DNA of 64,000 bases from an uncultured Armatimonadia bacterium (GCA_963749155.1 CAVVLO010000001.1:288001-352000), one strand, 5' to 3'. Shown: positions 8,462 to 20,173, numbered from the stretch's first letter. The notes: a model not told the origin generated them from the letters alone. Numbers and translations are program-made.

Positions 8462-11275
8462 ATGGGAACCTATCTGCACGCGCGGCCTGTGCTGCCTGAC
8501 CAGGGCAAACTCGCCCTCGATTATGCGCCAGGAACTGAATTCAGCTTTGAAGGGCCAGTCGGCAAACGGCTGCAGGCAAATATGGAGCAGTGGCAACTGG
8601 TCGCGCCTTATGCCAATCCTGGGATGCTCGCGATGATGCGGTTGCGGGACCGCCTGCCGGAGCCGGAACTGGTCTGGTGGGCTGGCGAATTCGTCGGGAA
8701 GTTTCTGCTGTCATGTATCGAGAACTGGCAACTGACGCGCGAGCCGAGGCTGCGCGGGCTTATCGTCACTCTGGTAGACCGCCTGGAGGCGCTGCAGGCC
8801 GAGGACGGGTATCTGGGCCCCTTCCCCAAAGACCGCCGCTTGCTGGGCGCCTGGGACCTGTGGGGTCACTATCACATAATGATGGGCCTGCTGACCTGGT
8901 TCGACCTCGTAGGCGATGAGCGCTGCCTGGCTATCAGCCGCCGGATAGCGGACCTGGTCTGTGCCACCTATCTGGAGCAGGAGAAGAGCCTGCTCGAGGC
9001 CGGCTTCCCCGAGATGAACCTGGCGATAATCCATTCGCTGGGCTGGCTGTACCGCCTGACAGGGGAAGACCGTTATCTCTGGCAGCTCAAGGCCATTGAG
9101 CGCGACTTCGAGAAGGCGGGCGACTACGTGCTGGCGGGCGCGGCGGGAGTGCCCTTCTATATGACGCCAAGCCCCCGGTGGGAGAGCCTCCACGATATGA
9201 TGGGCCTGCTGGAGCTGTGGCGCATCTCGGGCGATGAGACCTACTCCCGGGCGCTGTCGAATCATTGGCAGAGCATCTGGGCGACCGACGTGCACAACAC
9301 CGGGGCCTTCACCACGCATGAGCAGGCCATCGGCAACCCCTTCAGCCCGGGCGCAATAGAGACCTGCTGCGTCATCGCCTGGTGCAACTACACGCTGGAG
9401 CAGTTGCGGCTGACTGGCGACTGCCTCGCGGCCGACGCCTTCGAGCTGGCCTTCTGGAATTCGCTCCTCGGCGCGCAACATCCAAGCGGGCGCTGGTGGA
9501 CGTATGACACTCCGATGGACGGCAAGAAGCTGGCCTCGGCGCATTCGATTGTCTTCCAGTCGAGGGCAGGCACGCCTGAACTGAACTGTTGCTCGGTCAA
9601 CTCCTCGCGCGGGCTTGGGATGCTCGCCAAGTGGGCCGTGATGACCGATGAGGAAGGCCTGGTGCTCAACTATTGGGGGCCAGTAACGATTTCCACGCTG
9701 CTGCCAACCGGCGAACGTATCAGTCTGACTCAGGTGACCGAATATCCAGTCGGCGAGGTTGTCCGGCTGACTGTTACGCCCGATGAACCGCTCCACTTCC
9801 GCCTCAAGCTGCGCATCCCGGGCTGGTCGAAGGGCACCAGTGTGCGCGTGAACGGCGAACGAGTGGCTCACGTTGCACCTGGCGAGTATCTCTCAATTGC
9901 CCGAGTCTGGCAGCCTGGCGACCTGATTGAGGTGGATTTTGACTTTTCGCCCAGGTTGCTGGTGGGCGATGGCGAGTGCAGGGGCAAAGTAAGCGTGTAT
10001 CGCGGCCCCTTGTTGCTTGCGTATGACCAGTTGCTCAACACTTGCGACCCTCAGGAGCTGCCGGCGATCGATGCCTCGAAGCCAGTCGTGCTGGACCGGG
10101 TGAGGGCCGGGGACGAGTGGTTCCCGCCGCTGGTGGCCTTCAAAATCGAGACGAGCGATCCGGACAAGTCGCTGGTGCTTTGCGATTTCGCAAGCGCCGG
10201 GGCGCTTGGGTGCGAGTACCGCAGCTGGCTGCCTGCAATCAAGACGGCTCCACCCGAGTTCGATCTGGTTTCACCGAAGGCCGAGGCGCGTTTGGGACCT
10301 GGGAGGACGGCGTTCAGATGGGCCTTCAACCCGCAACAAAAGCGAAGCAACCTGACTTACAGGTTGATCATCAGCACCTCGCCCGATTTGGGGCTGCCAG
10401 CCCTCGAAGCTACCGAGCTTAGGCGCAGTTATGCGCAGGCAGACCTTGCCGAACTGCCAGCGGGCAGAGCGTATTACTGGGGCGTCGTGGCGGAAAACGA
10501 CTTTGGCAAGCGCGCGCAACAAGGCGCGCCCAGGCGGTTCTTCCTCGACGCGGCTGCCGAGGTCAGCCCTCTTGCGCCCGAGCCTGATGCGGAGGGGATA
10601 CTGGTTGCGGACGCCCTGGCAGGCCAGCCTGAGCCCACGCGGGGCGTGTTGCTCGAAGCAGTCGGAATCCAGTCGGCAGGAGGCGCGGTCAGCTTCTCGG
10701 GCTCGGGGCTGGTACGCTATGCGGTGCCGTGGTTCCCGCTGGAATACACGCTGTCGCTATGGTTCCGCGCCGATGAGCTGGCAAAGCCTGGCCTGCAACA
10801 GCTTTTCAGCGCCTGGCGCGCCGGGGGAGACGACCCGCTTCGACTGACCCTGGAAGGGGGCAAGCTTAGGGCCTCACTCCAGCATTTTATGGGGATACCA
10901 ACGCCGCCGGCCTTCGAGCCTGAAGCAGGGCGCTGGTATCACGCGGCGGTCACTTTTGGCCCCGAATCGTCAGCGCCTGTGGATCCAGCTTTCGCAAGGC
11001 AGGCGGTCTCTCCCTTCGGCAGCGGGGCGGTTTCTGAGGCGGACGCCCAGGCCAGAACGCGTATTATGAAGTTCTATGTCGAGGGCAAGCTGCTGGGTTC
11101 TGCGCTCCACCCAGTCGGCCTGGCCACAGAGGCCTCGGATTTCGCCCTGGGCGCAAATCCTCATATGGCGGGCGAAGAATTTGTGGGCGCGCTTGCTGGT
11201 TTTACTTTCTATGAGGGCGCGCTTGATGAGACTGCAGTCGGCCAGCTCGCCGCCCGGCAACTGGACCTGACTTAA
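8462..11275 (+). CDS. GH127/GH146-like (DUF1680) glycosidase with FN3-like and C-terminal LamG domains
   Basis: GEFVGK, DGYLGP, WDLWGHYH, IETCC and LNCCSVN; LRIPGWS; LamG-type WYHAAVTF and F.G.L..FTFYEGAL. Confidence 0.85.
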   Translation: MGTYLHARPVLPDQGKLALDYAPGTEFSFEGPVGKRLQANMEQWQLVAPYANPGMLAMMRLRDRLPEPELVWWAGEFVGKFLLSCIENWQLTREPRLRGLIVTLVDRLEALQAEDGYLGPFPKDRRLLGAWDLWGHYHIMMGLLTWFDLVGDERCLAISRRIADLVCATYLEQEKSLLEAGFPEMNLAIIHSLGWLYRLTGEDRYLWQLKAIERDFEKAGDYVLAGAAGVPFYMTPSPRWESLHDMMGLLELWRISGDETYSRALSNHWQSIWATDVHNTGAFTTHEQAIGNPFSPGAIETCCVIAWCNYTLEQLRLTGDCLAADAFELAFWNSLLGAQHPSGRWWTYDTPMDGKKLASAHSIVFQSRAGTPELNCCSVNSSRGLGMLAKWAVMTDEEGLVLNYWGPVTISTLLPTGERISLTQVTEYPVGEVVRLTVTPDEPLHFRLKLRIPGWSKGTSVRVNGERVAHVAPGEYLSIARVWQPGDLIEVDFDFSPRLLVGDGECRGKVSVYRGPLLLAYDQLLNTCDPQELPAIDASKPVVLDRVRAGDEWFPPLVAFKIETSDPDKSLVLCDFASAGALGCEYRSWLPAIKTAPPEFDLVSPKAEARLGPGRTAFRWAFNPQQKRSNLTYRLIISTSPDLGLPALEATELRRSYAQADLAELPAGRAYYWGVVAENDFGKRAQQGAPRRFFLDAAAEVSPLAPEPDAEGILVADALAGQPEPTRGVLLEAVGIQSAGGAVSFSGSGLVRYAVPWFPLEYTLSLWFRADELAKPGLQQLFSAWRAGGDDPLRLTLEGGKLRASLQHFMGIPTPPAFEPEAGRWYHAAVTFGPESSAPVDPAFARQAVSPFGSGAVSEADAQARTRIMKFYVEGKLLGSALHPVGLATEASDFALGANPHMAGEEFVGALAGFTFYEGALDETAVGQLAARQLDLT

Positions 11276-11286
11276 AGGAGTGTCCT

Positions 11287-14059
11287 ATGCAACAACTGAT
11301 GGTCTTGTGTCTGATATTGCTGATGGGGGGATTGGCTTTGGCCAAAGTTGAATACGCCCTGCCCGACAAGGGCCAGCTTGTGATGGATTCACCGCTTGAG
11401 GCGACTTTCCAGTTTGGCGGCGAGACAGGTCGCAGGCTCGAGGCGAGTCGAGAGCAGTGGCTGCTGCCCGCGCCATACTCCAATCCGGGCATCGTCGAGA
11501 TGATCCGGCTGAGGGGGCGAGAGCCCCAATTGCCCCTGCCTGTGCCGTGGTCAGGCGAATATATCGGCAAGTTCCTGCTGGGCGCCATCGAACAATGGCA
11601 GCTTACGGGGAACGCCGAGTTGAAAGCGATTATCCAGCTTTTGGTGAACAAGGTGGTCGAATACCAGAAGCCCGATGGTTATGCCGGGCCGTGGCCAGAG
11701 GAGACCCAGCTCATCGCTCAATGGGATTTATGGGGCCACTATCACCTGATGATGGCGTTGCTGACCTGGTACGAACTGACAGGAGATGAACAGGCGCTCA
11801 CGGTCTCGAAGCGGATGGGCGATCTCATCGCCAGGACTTACGTTGAGAAGGGCTTCAGCACGCTGGATGCGCCACCTATCGAGATAAATATGAACATCGT
11901 CCACAGCCTGGGCTGGCTGTACCGGCTTACAGGAGAAGCACGTTATTTGGCCCAGATGCGCCAAATCGAGGAAGACTGGGAAGAATCTGGCGACTTTTTG
12001 CGCAATGGCCTGGCGCATGTGCCCTATTTTATGGGCAAGGTAACGCGCTGGGAGTCGCTGCACGGCGTAGACGGCCTGGTGGAGTTCTATCGCATAACGG
12101 GCGATGAGCGTTATGCTGAGGCCTTCTCGAATCTTTGGGACTCGATGCGCCTCTTCGACACGCACACGACGGGGGGTTTCTCAACTGGCGAGTCGGCAAT
12201 TGGCGACCAGTTTGCGATGGGCTCTATCGAGACTTGCTGTGTAATCGCTTTCAATTCACTCTCGATTGATGAACTGCGCGTAAAGGGCAACTCGCTGGCA
12301 GGCGATGCGCTGGAGCAGGCTTACTGGAACGCGGTGCTCGGGTTCCAGCATCCAACTTGCCGGTGGTACACCTATGACACGCCGATGGATGGCCGGCAGA
12401 TTTCGGCGTATACGGTTATGACCGGTGGTCATGGGGGGGCGGGGACCTCGGAGTTTGGCTGCTGTCCCGCTAATGGCGCGCGCGGGCTTGGGATGCTCGC
12501 CAAGTGGGCGGTAATGGAGAGCGCCGCCGGACCGGTAGTCAACTATTATGGCCCGCTTGCGGTCACGATGCCTCTGGCTCAGGGGGGCAAAGTAGCCCTG
12601 AGGCAGGTTACAGACTATCCAGTCTCTCCTGTGGTGCGGCTCGAAGTGACCCCTGATGCCCCCAGAGAGTTCGAGCTCAGGCTGCGCATACCGAAATGGT
12701 CGACCGAGACCGCTGTTCGGGTAAATGGCGCTCCTGTCCAGGCCCTGCGAGCCTGGGACCTTCCTGACTATCGACAGGCGCTGGAAGGCCGGCGACGTGG
12801 TGGAGGTCAGTTTTGATTTCACCCCGCACCTTGTGAACGGCGACGGCCCGTGGCTGGGGAAGGTCGCAATATTCCACGGGCCACTGTTGCTGGCCTGGGC
12901 TCAAGGGCTGTCAGATTTTGACGCGAAAGACTTGCCCGCACTCGATCTTGCCAGGCCCTGGTCGCTTGAACCGGTAGAGGTTAAGAACGACTGGTACAAG
13001 CCTGTTGCAGCCTTCCGCCTGGTGCAGCAAGGGCTGGCAACTCAGCCTTTGCTTACAGATTTCGCAAGCGCAGGGGCGCTTGGGACAGAATATCTAAGCT
13101 GGCTACCGGCCGAACACGGAGGGCCACCGCCTTTCAATCTTGGCAAACCTTTCGAGGGGCAAGCTGTGCCAGAGGGACTGGCGCGCTTCAACTGGACTCG
13201 TTCCAGATCGGACAAGGAACGCACCTTCACGCTGACTATTGCCGAGGATGAGGCAATGACACAGCCGGTGCTAACGCTTGAGAACGCCGGCAGTGGCGCA
13301 ATCGTCGACCTGGAGCCTCTCCTTCCGAACAAACTCTATTGGTGGGATGTCACCTCGACCAACCAGTATGGGAAGAGGCAGAGCGAGGACGGGCCTTATA
13401 GCTTCATCGTAGACCCCTCGCTGCCAGCCGAGGTTATCGAGACTTACCAGTTCAATCCGGAGGGGATTGGAGCCGCCTCCAGGCTGGCCGGAAATCCGGA
13501 GCCAACTTATGGCAAGCTCCTTTCAGTCGAGGGAGTCAAGCCGGCTGAGGGCCCAAGTGGCCAGCCGGACACTGCTCTAGAGTTCAACGGCGCGGGGCGA
13601 GTGATGTATACAGTGCCCTGGGTACCCGATGATTACAGCTTCTCGGTTTGGGTGATGCCGCTCAACGTCGCCACCGAGAAGACCCAGCAACTGGTCAGCT
13701 TCTGGTGCGCGGGAATGGATGACCCGCTGCGCGTCTATATCAGCGCAGGGAAGCTTGCCGCAGCAATTGAGGGGGGCGGTGGCTTCCACACGCCCAAGGT
13801 GCCAGTCCAGGCCGACCACTGGTACCACGTCGTCGCTGTCAAATCTGGTACGCAGCTCAGCCTGTATCTGGACGGCAAGCAGGTGGCCCAGACAGGCGTG
13901 CGCGGGCCGGTAATGACGCGCGCGCAGGACTTCTCCCTGGGCGCCAACCCTCACTATATGGGGGACGAGTATCTCATCGGCCGCCTGGCAGACTTCGTCT
14001 GGTACGGCAAAGCGCTTACCGATGAGGAAATCGCTGCCCTGGCTGCGCGCAAGCCCTGA
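11287..14059 (+). CDS. Secreted paralog of the upstream GH127/146-FN3-LamG gene; frameshift near 12745
   Basis: Collinear with 8462-11275 across ORFs 11287-12816 and 12725-14059 (WDLWGHYH, IETCC, FGCCPAN, DFASAGALG, DDPLR, LGANPH); has a signal peptide. Confidence 0.85.
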
Positions 14060-14079
14060 GAGGACTAGCTGTCAATCTG

Positions 14080-14115
14080 AAAAAGGGAGTCCGACCAGCC
14101 GGTCGGGCTCCCTTG
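14080..14115. terminator. Terminator between convergent genes
   Basis: aaaagggagtccgacc-agcc-ggtcgggctccctt hairpin between stops at 14059 (+) and 14119 (-). Confidence 0.8.
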
Positions 14116-14118
14116 TTG

Positions 14119-16098
14119 TCAATCCAGTTCGAACTCGAGACCAATCTGCCTGGCGCCGCCTGGCTGGACGCTCACGGGCAGCTCGAAGTCTTCAGACCAG
14201 ATCTCGCAAGTCTCACTGCCCGAGCAGTGGTAGACAACCAGTCCAAACCTCAGCAGCCCTGCGCCTTCGGTGGCTTCGAAAGGCAACTCAAGGGTGGTGT
14301 CCACCAGACGCCCTGACTGGCTGGCGAATCTCAAGGGCGCGCCGCTTGCGTCCAGTTTCCAGCCGGACGGCGAATCCTCGGTCAGCGTATGGCCGGCAGG
14401 CAGTGCCAGCGTCACCACCAGCTTGCCCTCGCCTGGCGAGATAAGTGCCTTGCTCAGTGTCAGGGCTTCCTCACCAGCGGTTGGCGCGGTCGGAAGTGGC
14501 ACGCCGGTCAGCTTCAAGGTGCCGATGAGGCCAGTCCGGGTATCCACGGTGCGGATGGCGTGATTGTTGGTATCCGCAACATAGAGAGTGTTGCCAGTCA
14601 GGGCGAAGCCTGACGGCTCATAGAAAGCCGCCTCAGGCCCATCGGCGAAACCCGGCCTGCCAGTACCTGCGAAACTCGTCACCTCGCCGGTCGTCACGTT
14701 CGCCTGTTTGAGCTTGTGGTTGTAGGTGTCGGCAATCCACAGTGTCTTCCCCTGCAGTAGCACGCCCAGAGGATGCTGCAAACGCACTCCATCACCTGTG
14801 CCATCGCGGTCGCCGAAGTCGAACAGATCGCCTCCGGCCAGTGTCGAGACGCGCCCTTCCAGCAAGTCGAGTCTGCGTAGAGAGCTTATCTCCGAGTCTG
14901 CGACATACAGATATTTGGCATCGCCGGTGAGGCCCGAGGGCTGCGCGAAAGCTGCCTGGGCGAAGGGGCCATCTCCCCTGGCTTCGCGCCCGGTACCCGC
15001 GAAAGGTTTTATCCAGTCGCGCGCCAGGTCATAACTCCATATCTGATGGGTCCCAGCCATTGCGATATAGGCTTTGTCGCCCACCACGGCCAGATCCCAG
15101 GGGGTCGAAAGCGCAACCTCCAGCCCTTTGCCTTCACCGCGCGCATAGGTTGTGCTCTGGAAACCCGTCCCCGCCAGAGTCCTAACCTGGCCAGTGGTTA
15201 AATCTACCCGGCGCAGGACGTGATTTTCGGTGTCAGCGACCAGCAGAGAGCCTTTCCACAAGGCCAGTCCCTGAGGCCGGTTGAAACGTGCCGTAGCGAA
15301 GTCGCCATCAACAAGCCCTGCTGTCCCATCGCCTACCGCCTGAAGGAACTTGCCCGCAAGGTCCGTCACCACGATACGGTTGTGGTTGGAATCGGAGATG
15401 AATAACTTGCCTCGGGCTTCATCAACCGCCAGCTTGCCGGGGAAGGCGAGGGGCGAGGCAGGCCTGGTCTCCTGGGTTAGGTTGAGTGGCCGGTTATCGA
15501 GTTTGCCAGCGCGACCATAGAGTTCAAGTCCTTCGGTCAGAAGGCTCTCCAGAGTGGCACGGTGGCCTTCGCCAGAGGCACTCCACACGACATAGCCCTC
15601 TGGATCAATCAAGGCCAGAGTTGGCCAGGAGTTCACTCCAAAGCTGCGCCAGATGGCCATCTGGTTGTCGTTCACCACAGGATGTTTCAATTCGTAACGC
15701 AGTATGGCCTGGCGAATGTTTGCCGCGTCCTGCTCATTGGTGAACTTCGCCGAGTGCACGCCGATGACTACGAAAGGCTGACCTTCGAAATGCTTCTCCA
15801 GATACGCCAGCTCGGGCATTATATGGATGCAATTTATGCAGCAGTAAGTCCAAAAATCGAGCAGCACGAATTTGCCGCGCAGCTCCGCAAGCGAAAGCTC
15901 CTGGCCTGTATTCAGCCACTCCATACCCCTGGGAAATTCGGGCGCTCTGATATTCATACTGCGCCCCAGGAAATCCAGTTGGCCGCTCATCGCGGCTCCA
16001 CCTCCGAAAGCTCCAGACTGACTTTGGGCGGGAGAGCAACCTGTGAGCGCAACCATCCCTGTCAGTAAGAGCAATATAACCAGTCTTTTTGCCACCAC
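14119..16098 (-). CDS. Thioredoxin-like plus NHL-repeat protein (NHLRC2/SOQ1-like), putative lipoprotein
   Basis: LDFWTYCCINC motif, GVHSAKF, multiple NHL repeats (ISDSNHNRI, ADTENH, ADTYNHK, ADTNNH), lipobox LTGC. Confidence 0.92.
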   Translation of the reverse strand: MVAKRLVILLLLTGMVALTGCSPAQSQSGAFGGGAAMSGQLDFLGRSMNIRAPEFPRGMEWLNTGQELSLAELRGKFVLLDFWTYCCINCIHIMPELAYLEKHFEGQPFVVIGVHSAKFTNEQDAANIRQAILRYELKHPVVNDNQMAIWRSFGVNSWPTLALIDPEGYVVWSASGEGHRATLESLLTEGLELYGRAGKLDNRPLNLTQETRPASPLAFPGKLAVDEARGKLFISDSNHNRIVVTDLAGKFLQAVGDGTAGLVDGDFATARFNRPQGLALWKGSLLVADTENHVLRRVDLTTGQVRTLAGTGFQSTTYARGEGKGLEVALSTPWDLAVVGDKAYIAMAGTHQIWSYDLARDWIKPFAGTGREARGDGPFAQAAFAQPSGLTGDAKYLYVADSEISSLRRLDLLEGRVSTLAGGDLFDFGDRDGTGDGVRLQHPLGVLLQGKTLWIADTYNHKLKQANVTTGEVTSFAGTGRPGFADGPEAAFYEPSGFALTGNTLYVADTNNHAIRTVDTRTGLIGTLKLTGVPLPTAPTAGEEALTLSKALISPGEGKLVVTLALPAGHTLTEDSPSGWKLDASGAPLRFASQSGRLVDTTLELPFEATEGAGLLRFGLVVYHCSGSETCEIWSEDFELPVSVQPGGARQIGLEFELD

Positions 16099-16131
16099 TA
16101 CTCTACCAGTCCTCCTCAGCTTACACCTTTA

Positions 16132-16159
16132 CAACGACCAGGTGAGTTTTTGGAGTTCC
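16132..16159 (-). promoter_or_regulatory. ECF-sigma-type promoter candidate
   Basis: GGAACT-N16-TCGTTG about 34 nt upstream of the thioredoxin-NHL start. Confidence 0.45.
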
Positions 16160-16240
16160 CTTGCAGGAAGTGTCACTTTATAGCCAAACTAGTTGCGTCG
16201 CCGAATTGGCGATCCAATCCAGAAAAGAGGCGAGTCCTTG

Positions 16241-17296
16241 ATGAGTAAAGTCCGAATTGGTTTTGTTGGCACCGGTGGGATGGGCCAGAACGCCCATCTC
16301 AAGAATTACTGCACTGTTCCTGACTGCGAAGTTGTGGCTATCGCAGAGATCCGTCCCCAGCTTGGAGAGCGCGTCGCGGCCAAATATGGCATCCCGAAGG
16401 TCTACACGGACCATAACGAGATGATCGAAAAAGAGAATCTCGATGGCCTTGTGGCTTCGCATTACTTCGCCCGGCATCCAATCCTGATCCCCGAACTGCT
16501 GAAAGCGGGCATCCCGGTCTTCACCGAGAAGCCACTTGCCTCGACCATCGAGGGCGGCGAGAAAATCGTCCAGGCCGTGAAGGACAGTGGCACCTGGATG
16601 ATGATCGGCTACCACAAGCGCTCCGACCCCGCCACGATGTACGCCAAGGCCGAAATCGACAGGCTGAAGGCTTCGGGTGAACTCGGCAGGCTGACTTATG
16701 TGCGCGTACTGATGCCGGCGGGCGACTGGGTGGCTGGCGGCTTCAATGACCTGCTGGGCACTGATGAGGCGCCGATCGCTCCGATGGAGCTGGAGCCCCC
16801 CTCGCCTTCGATGGACGCGGCGACCTTCGAGCAATATGTCAGCTTCGTCAATTACTACATCCACCAGGTGAATATGATGCGCCACCTGCTGGGTGAGGGT
16901 TACAAGGTTGTCTTCGCCGACAAATCGGGCAAGCTGCTGGTCGTCGAGAGCGCAAGCGGTGTCACCGGGATCATCGAGATGTCGCCTTATGTGACCACAA
17001 TCGACTGGCAGGAGCAGAATCTCGTGGCTTTCGATCATGGTTATGTGCAGGTCACTTTGCCCGCCCCGCTCGCACACAACCGGCCCGGCAGTGTTGAGAT
17101 TATGCGTGATCCAGGGGGCAACGTGACGCCCGAGACGATGGCCCCGACCCTGCCGTGGGTGCATGCCATGCGCCAGCAGGCGATGAACTTCGTGGCCGCC
17201 ATCAAGGGCGAGATGGCTCCCCTGACGACGGCGGAGGAAGCCCTTGAAGACCTGCGCGTGGCCAAGCAGTATATTGACCTGATGAAGGCTTACTGA
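16241..17296 (+). CDS. Gfo/Idh/MocA family oxidoreductase
   Basis: VRIGFVGTGGMG Rossmann motif, VFTEKPLA, IGYHKRSDP. Confidence 0.92.
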   Translation: MSKVRIGFVGTGGMGQNAHLKNYCTVPDCEVVAIAEIRPQLGERVAAKYGIPKVYTDHNEMIEKENLDGLVASHYFARHPILIPELLKAGIPVFTEKPLASTIEGGEKIVQAVKDSGTWMMIGYHKRSDPATMYAKAEIDRLKASGELGRLTYVRVLMPAGDWVAGGFNDLLGTDEAPIAPMELEPPSPSMDAATFEQYVSFVNYYIHQVNMMRHLLGEGYKVVFADKSGKLLVVESASGVTGIIEMSPYVTTIDWQEQNLVAFDHGYVQVTLPAPLAHNRPGSVEIMRDPGGNVTPETMAPTLPWVHAMRQQAMNFVAAIKGEMAPLTTAEEALEDLRVAKQYIDLMKAY

Positions 17297-17319
17297 TTTA
17301 CGAGTTAGTCTGAATATGT

Positions 17320-17350
17320 GGAGCGAGCCTTTCGAGGCTCGCTCCTTTTG
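17320..17350 (+). terminator. Rho-independent terminator
   Basis: ggagcgagcct-ttcg-aggctcgctcc-tttt, a perfect 11-bp stem. Confidence 0.9.
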
Positions 17351-17431
17351 TCTGCCTGGAGGAACCACTTGTACCTGGCCCAGGTTGGTGTATGCTGAAA
17401 GCAGAACGAGATTTCTCAAGGGGTGTTGAAA

Positions 17432-18055
17432 ATGGCAGTCAAGGTAAAAGTCGTTTTCTATAGTATGTTTGGGCATATCTGGCGGATGGCCGAGGCTGTT
17501 GCTGAGGGCGCGCGCCAGGTTGAAGGGATCGAGGTAAGTCTGCTGCAAGTGGCAGAGCTTGTGCCACAGGAGATCCTGGAGAAGTCAGGAGCTGCTGCCG
17601 CAAGAACTCAGTTCGCGCATATCCCGGTTGCCACTGTAGATGACCTGAGTGATGCTGATGCGTTGATATTCGGTACGCCTACCCGGTTCGGGAATATGAC
17701 CGCCCAGATGCGTAACTTCCTCGACCAGACCGGTGGATTGTGGATGGCAGGGGCACTAGTGGGCAAGGTTGGCAGCGTATTTACCAGTACCGCCACTCAG
17801 CATGGCGGGCAGGAGACTACCATAACAAGCTTCCACAATACGCTGCTGCACCATGGGATGATCATCGTGGGCATCCCGTATTCGGAAGCTCGCTTGCTCG
17901 AGATGGGCGAGATAACTGGAGGCAGCCCTTATGGCGCAGGCACTTTGGCAGGTGGAGATGGCTCCAGGCTGCCCAGCGAGAACGAACTCGAACTCGCCCG
18001 GATCCAGGGCAAGCGGGTTGCCGAGATCGCAAAAAAGCTTGTTTGCTGTAGCTAG
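17432..18055 (+). CDS. wrbA: NAD(P)H:quinone oxidoreductase, type IV (flavodoxin-like)
   Basis: [48 protein letters not shown]; possible sigma70 promoter TTGTAC-N16-TATGCT at 17369-17396. Confidence 0.96.
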   Translation: MAVKVKVVFYSMFGHIWRMAEAVAEGARQVEGIEVSLLQVAELVPQEILEKSGAAAARTQFAHIPVATVDDLSDADALIFGTPTRFGNMTAQMRNFLDQTGGLWMAGALVGKVGSVFTSTATQHGGQETTITSFHNTLLHHGMIIVGIPYSEARLLEMGEITGGSPYGAGTLAGGDGSRLPSENELELARIQGKRVAEIAKKLVCCS

Positions 18056-20173
18056 GCGCTCTGCTGGCTGCGGCCAATAATCATCTGCTGCCAGTGTTCA
18101 TTTAAGGTGATGAAGCGCGCCGACCAGCCCGAGATCCGCACCGACAGGTTGGTGTGATTTTCCGGATGCTGTTGGGCGTCCAACAGGGTCTCGAGGTTGA
18201 CTGCGTCGATGTGCATAAAGATGCCCCCCAGCCGGCAGAAGGCGCGCATCAGCGCGACCAGCGCCTCGAGGCCAGCTTCTCCCTTTAGGGAAGCCGGGTC
18301 GACTTTCAGCTCGAGCGCCGTGCCATTGGTCAGGCGCGACAGGTCCAGGCTGCAGTGACTTTTTATTACCGCGGTCGGTCCCTCGAGGTCGGTCCCGGGT
18401 GAGGGGGAGAGGTTGGTCGCGAGTATGTCTCCCGCCTGGTGGCCGTCAGCCGTCGCGCCTCGCTGGGGCCGCCATTCGATCTCTCGGCCGAAAGTCGAGA
18501 TGCCCGGATAACGCAGGACGCCTTCCCGTTCGGGCACTTCCAGCACGAAGTCTACAAAATCCGTGAAAACGCGTTTGGCCATCGCGTCAGCCACCGGATC
18601 ATCATTACCATAAGCCAGTCTCCAACCGCGCACTTCCTGGCGCAGTTCTTCGTGGCCTTCCCAGCCTGCGCGGAGTATCTCGACAAGCTCCGGCAAGCTC
18701 ATCCGCTGCTCTTCATATACCAGCTTGCGCAAGGCAAGCAGGCTGTTGGCGGTGTCGGGCAGGCCCCCGGCATGCGGGCAATAAGTGCGATAAGTGGTAC
18801 CGCCATCGAAGTAACCGCGCCCCTTCTCGATACAGTCGCGCTCAAGCAGCGAGATAAGCGGGGCGGGACTGGGATTACGTCCGAAGCCATCGGCTTCCAG
18901 GTGCAGCCCCTCGATGGCTTTGTGCAACTCGGTTCGGAAGCCCGCGTAAAAGCTCTCAAAATCAGGATAATCTGCCGGATCACCCTTTCTAGTCACGCCG
19001 AGGAAGTTCTGTAATATCGCCAGCATATCGAAGGGGCGGTAGGCGAAATAGGTACGGCCTGGCACCTGGAGCTCCCAGCAGCCATCGTTGGCGAACCGGC
19101 GCGCCTCTTCGAGCGCGTAGCCGAAGTTGACCATACTGGTGATGATGAAAGGCTCGTTGTAGACGGCGACGGTCCCACTACCAAGGCGCTGGATAGCCGC
19201 AATCTTGCGCAGCAGCTCTTCGGGACTATCCTCCCGGATGCGCACCGCGATTGGAAAGTCGGCGATGCGCAGCTCTTCCACAACATCGAGGAGCAGCCAG
19301 GTGACCTCGTTGGTCACAGGATTGCCCTCTGCATCGATACCGCCGAGGACGACATTCTGATAATACTGCTTGTCGCCGCTGCCGCCGAAGTCATGCGAAC
19401 CCGTCCACTCCGCGCCGCGTATCCACATACTCGCCAGCAACTCGCGCGCCTCGTCCAGCGTGATAGCGCCACTTGAGAGGTCAGTTTTGAGGAAGCCACC
19501 TAGCATCTCGTCCACTCGTCCGATGCCCGGCCAGTTGCCACAAGCGCGCTGGTAGGCGAAGAGGAACCACAGCGACTGCACGGCCTGGCGGAAATTGGTC
19601 GGCGGGTGCTCCGGCACGGGCGCCAGCGCCTCTCGCACCGCTTGCCAGTGGGCCCGGTCGCTACCTTCCGAGCTGGCAATCAACTCATCCAGCGCCGCCA
19701 GATAACGCGCGTGGAAGATCGAAGCGCCCTCCAGCACGACTAGCATGGACTCCAGCAGGTCGATGACCGCGCTCATCGAGATCGCCACGGGAGAGGCGCT
19801 CCTCGATTTGGGCGCGCAGCCCCTTGTAGCCGACCTTTAGCGCGTGGTCGAACCCGAGGGTGACATGGCTGACGCTTATGATGAGAGGCTTGCCCTGATA
19901 TAAGGCAGGCACCTGATGGTAGCTGGCAAGCGCATAGTTGGCAGAGCCTACGATAAGCTCGCCTGGCTCGATGCGCACAGGGATATGCTCGGCGATCAGC
20001 TTGTCCGCAAGGGCTACCTGCCGCTCGGGTGAAAGCTCTTCGAAGCCTGGCACTTCGTCCAGCACAGGATAGTCGGTCGAGAGCGTCCTGCCCCACTCGC
20101 CCAACAGGACGCGCTCAGCCCGAGCGCGTGTTGCATCCGAAAGCCGTCTTACAGTGTCGTGAACCAGACTCAT
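18052..20173 (-). CDS. Glycyl radical enzyme (PFL-like family); frameshift near 19790
   Basis: [36 protein letters not shown], Cys loop [26 protein letters not shown], Gly loop [10 protein letters not shown]. Confidence 0.9.

Noticed and set aside
16178..17548. 456-aa minus-strand ORF
   Set aside because: Antisense to the Gfo/Idh/MocA gene and wrbA, and it crosses a clear terminator.
18052..20173. Assignment as pyruvate formate-lyase (pflB)
   Set aside because: It lacks the Cys-Cys active-site pair and has no adjacent pflA, so only the family-level call is supported.
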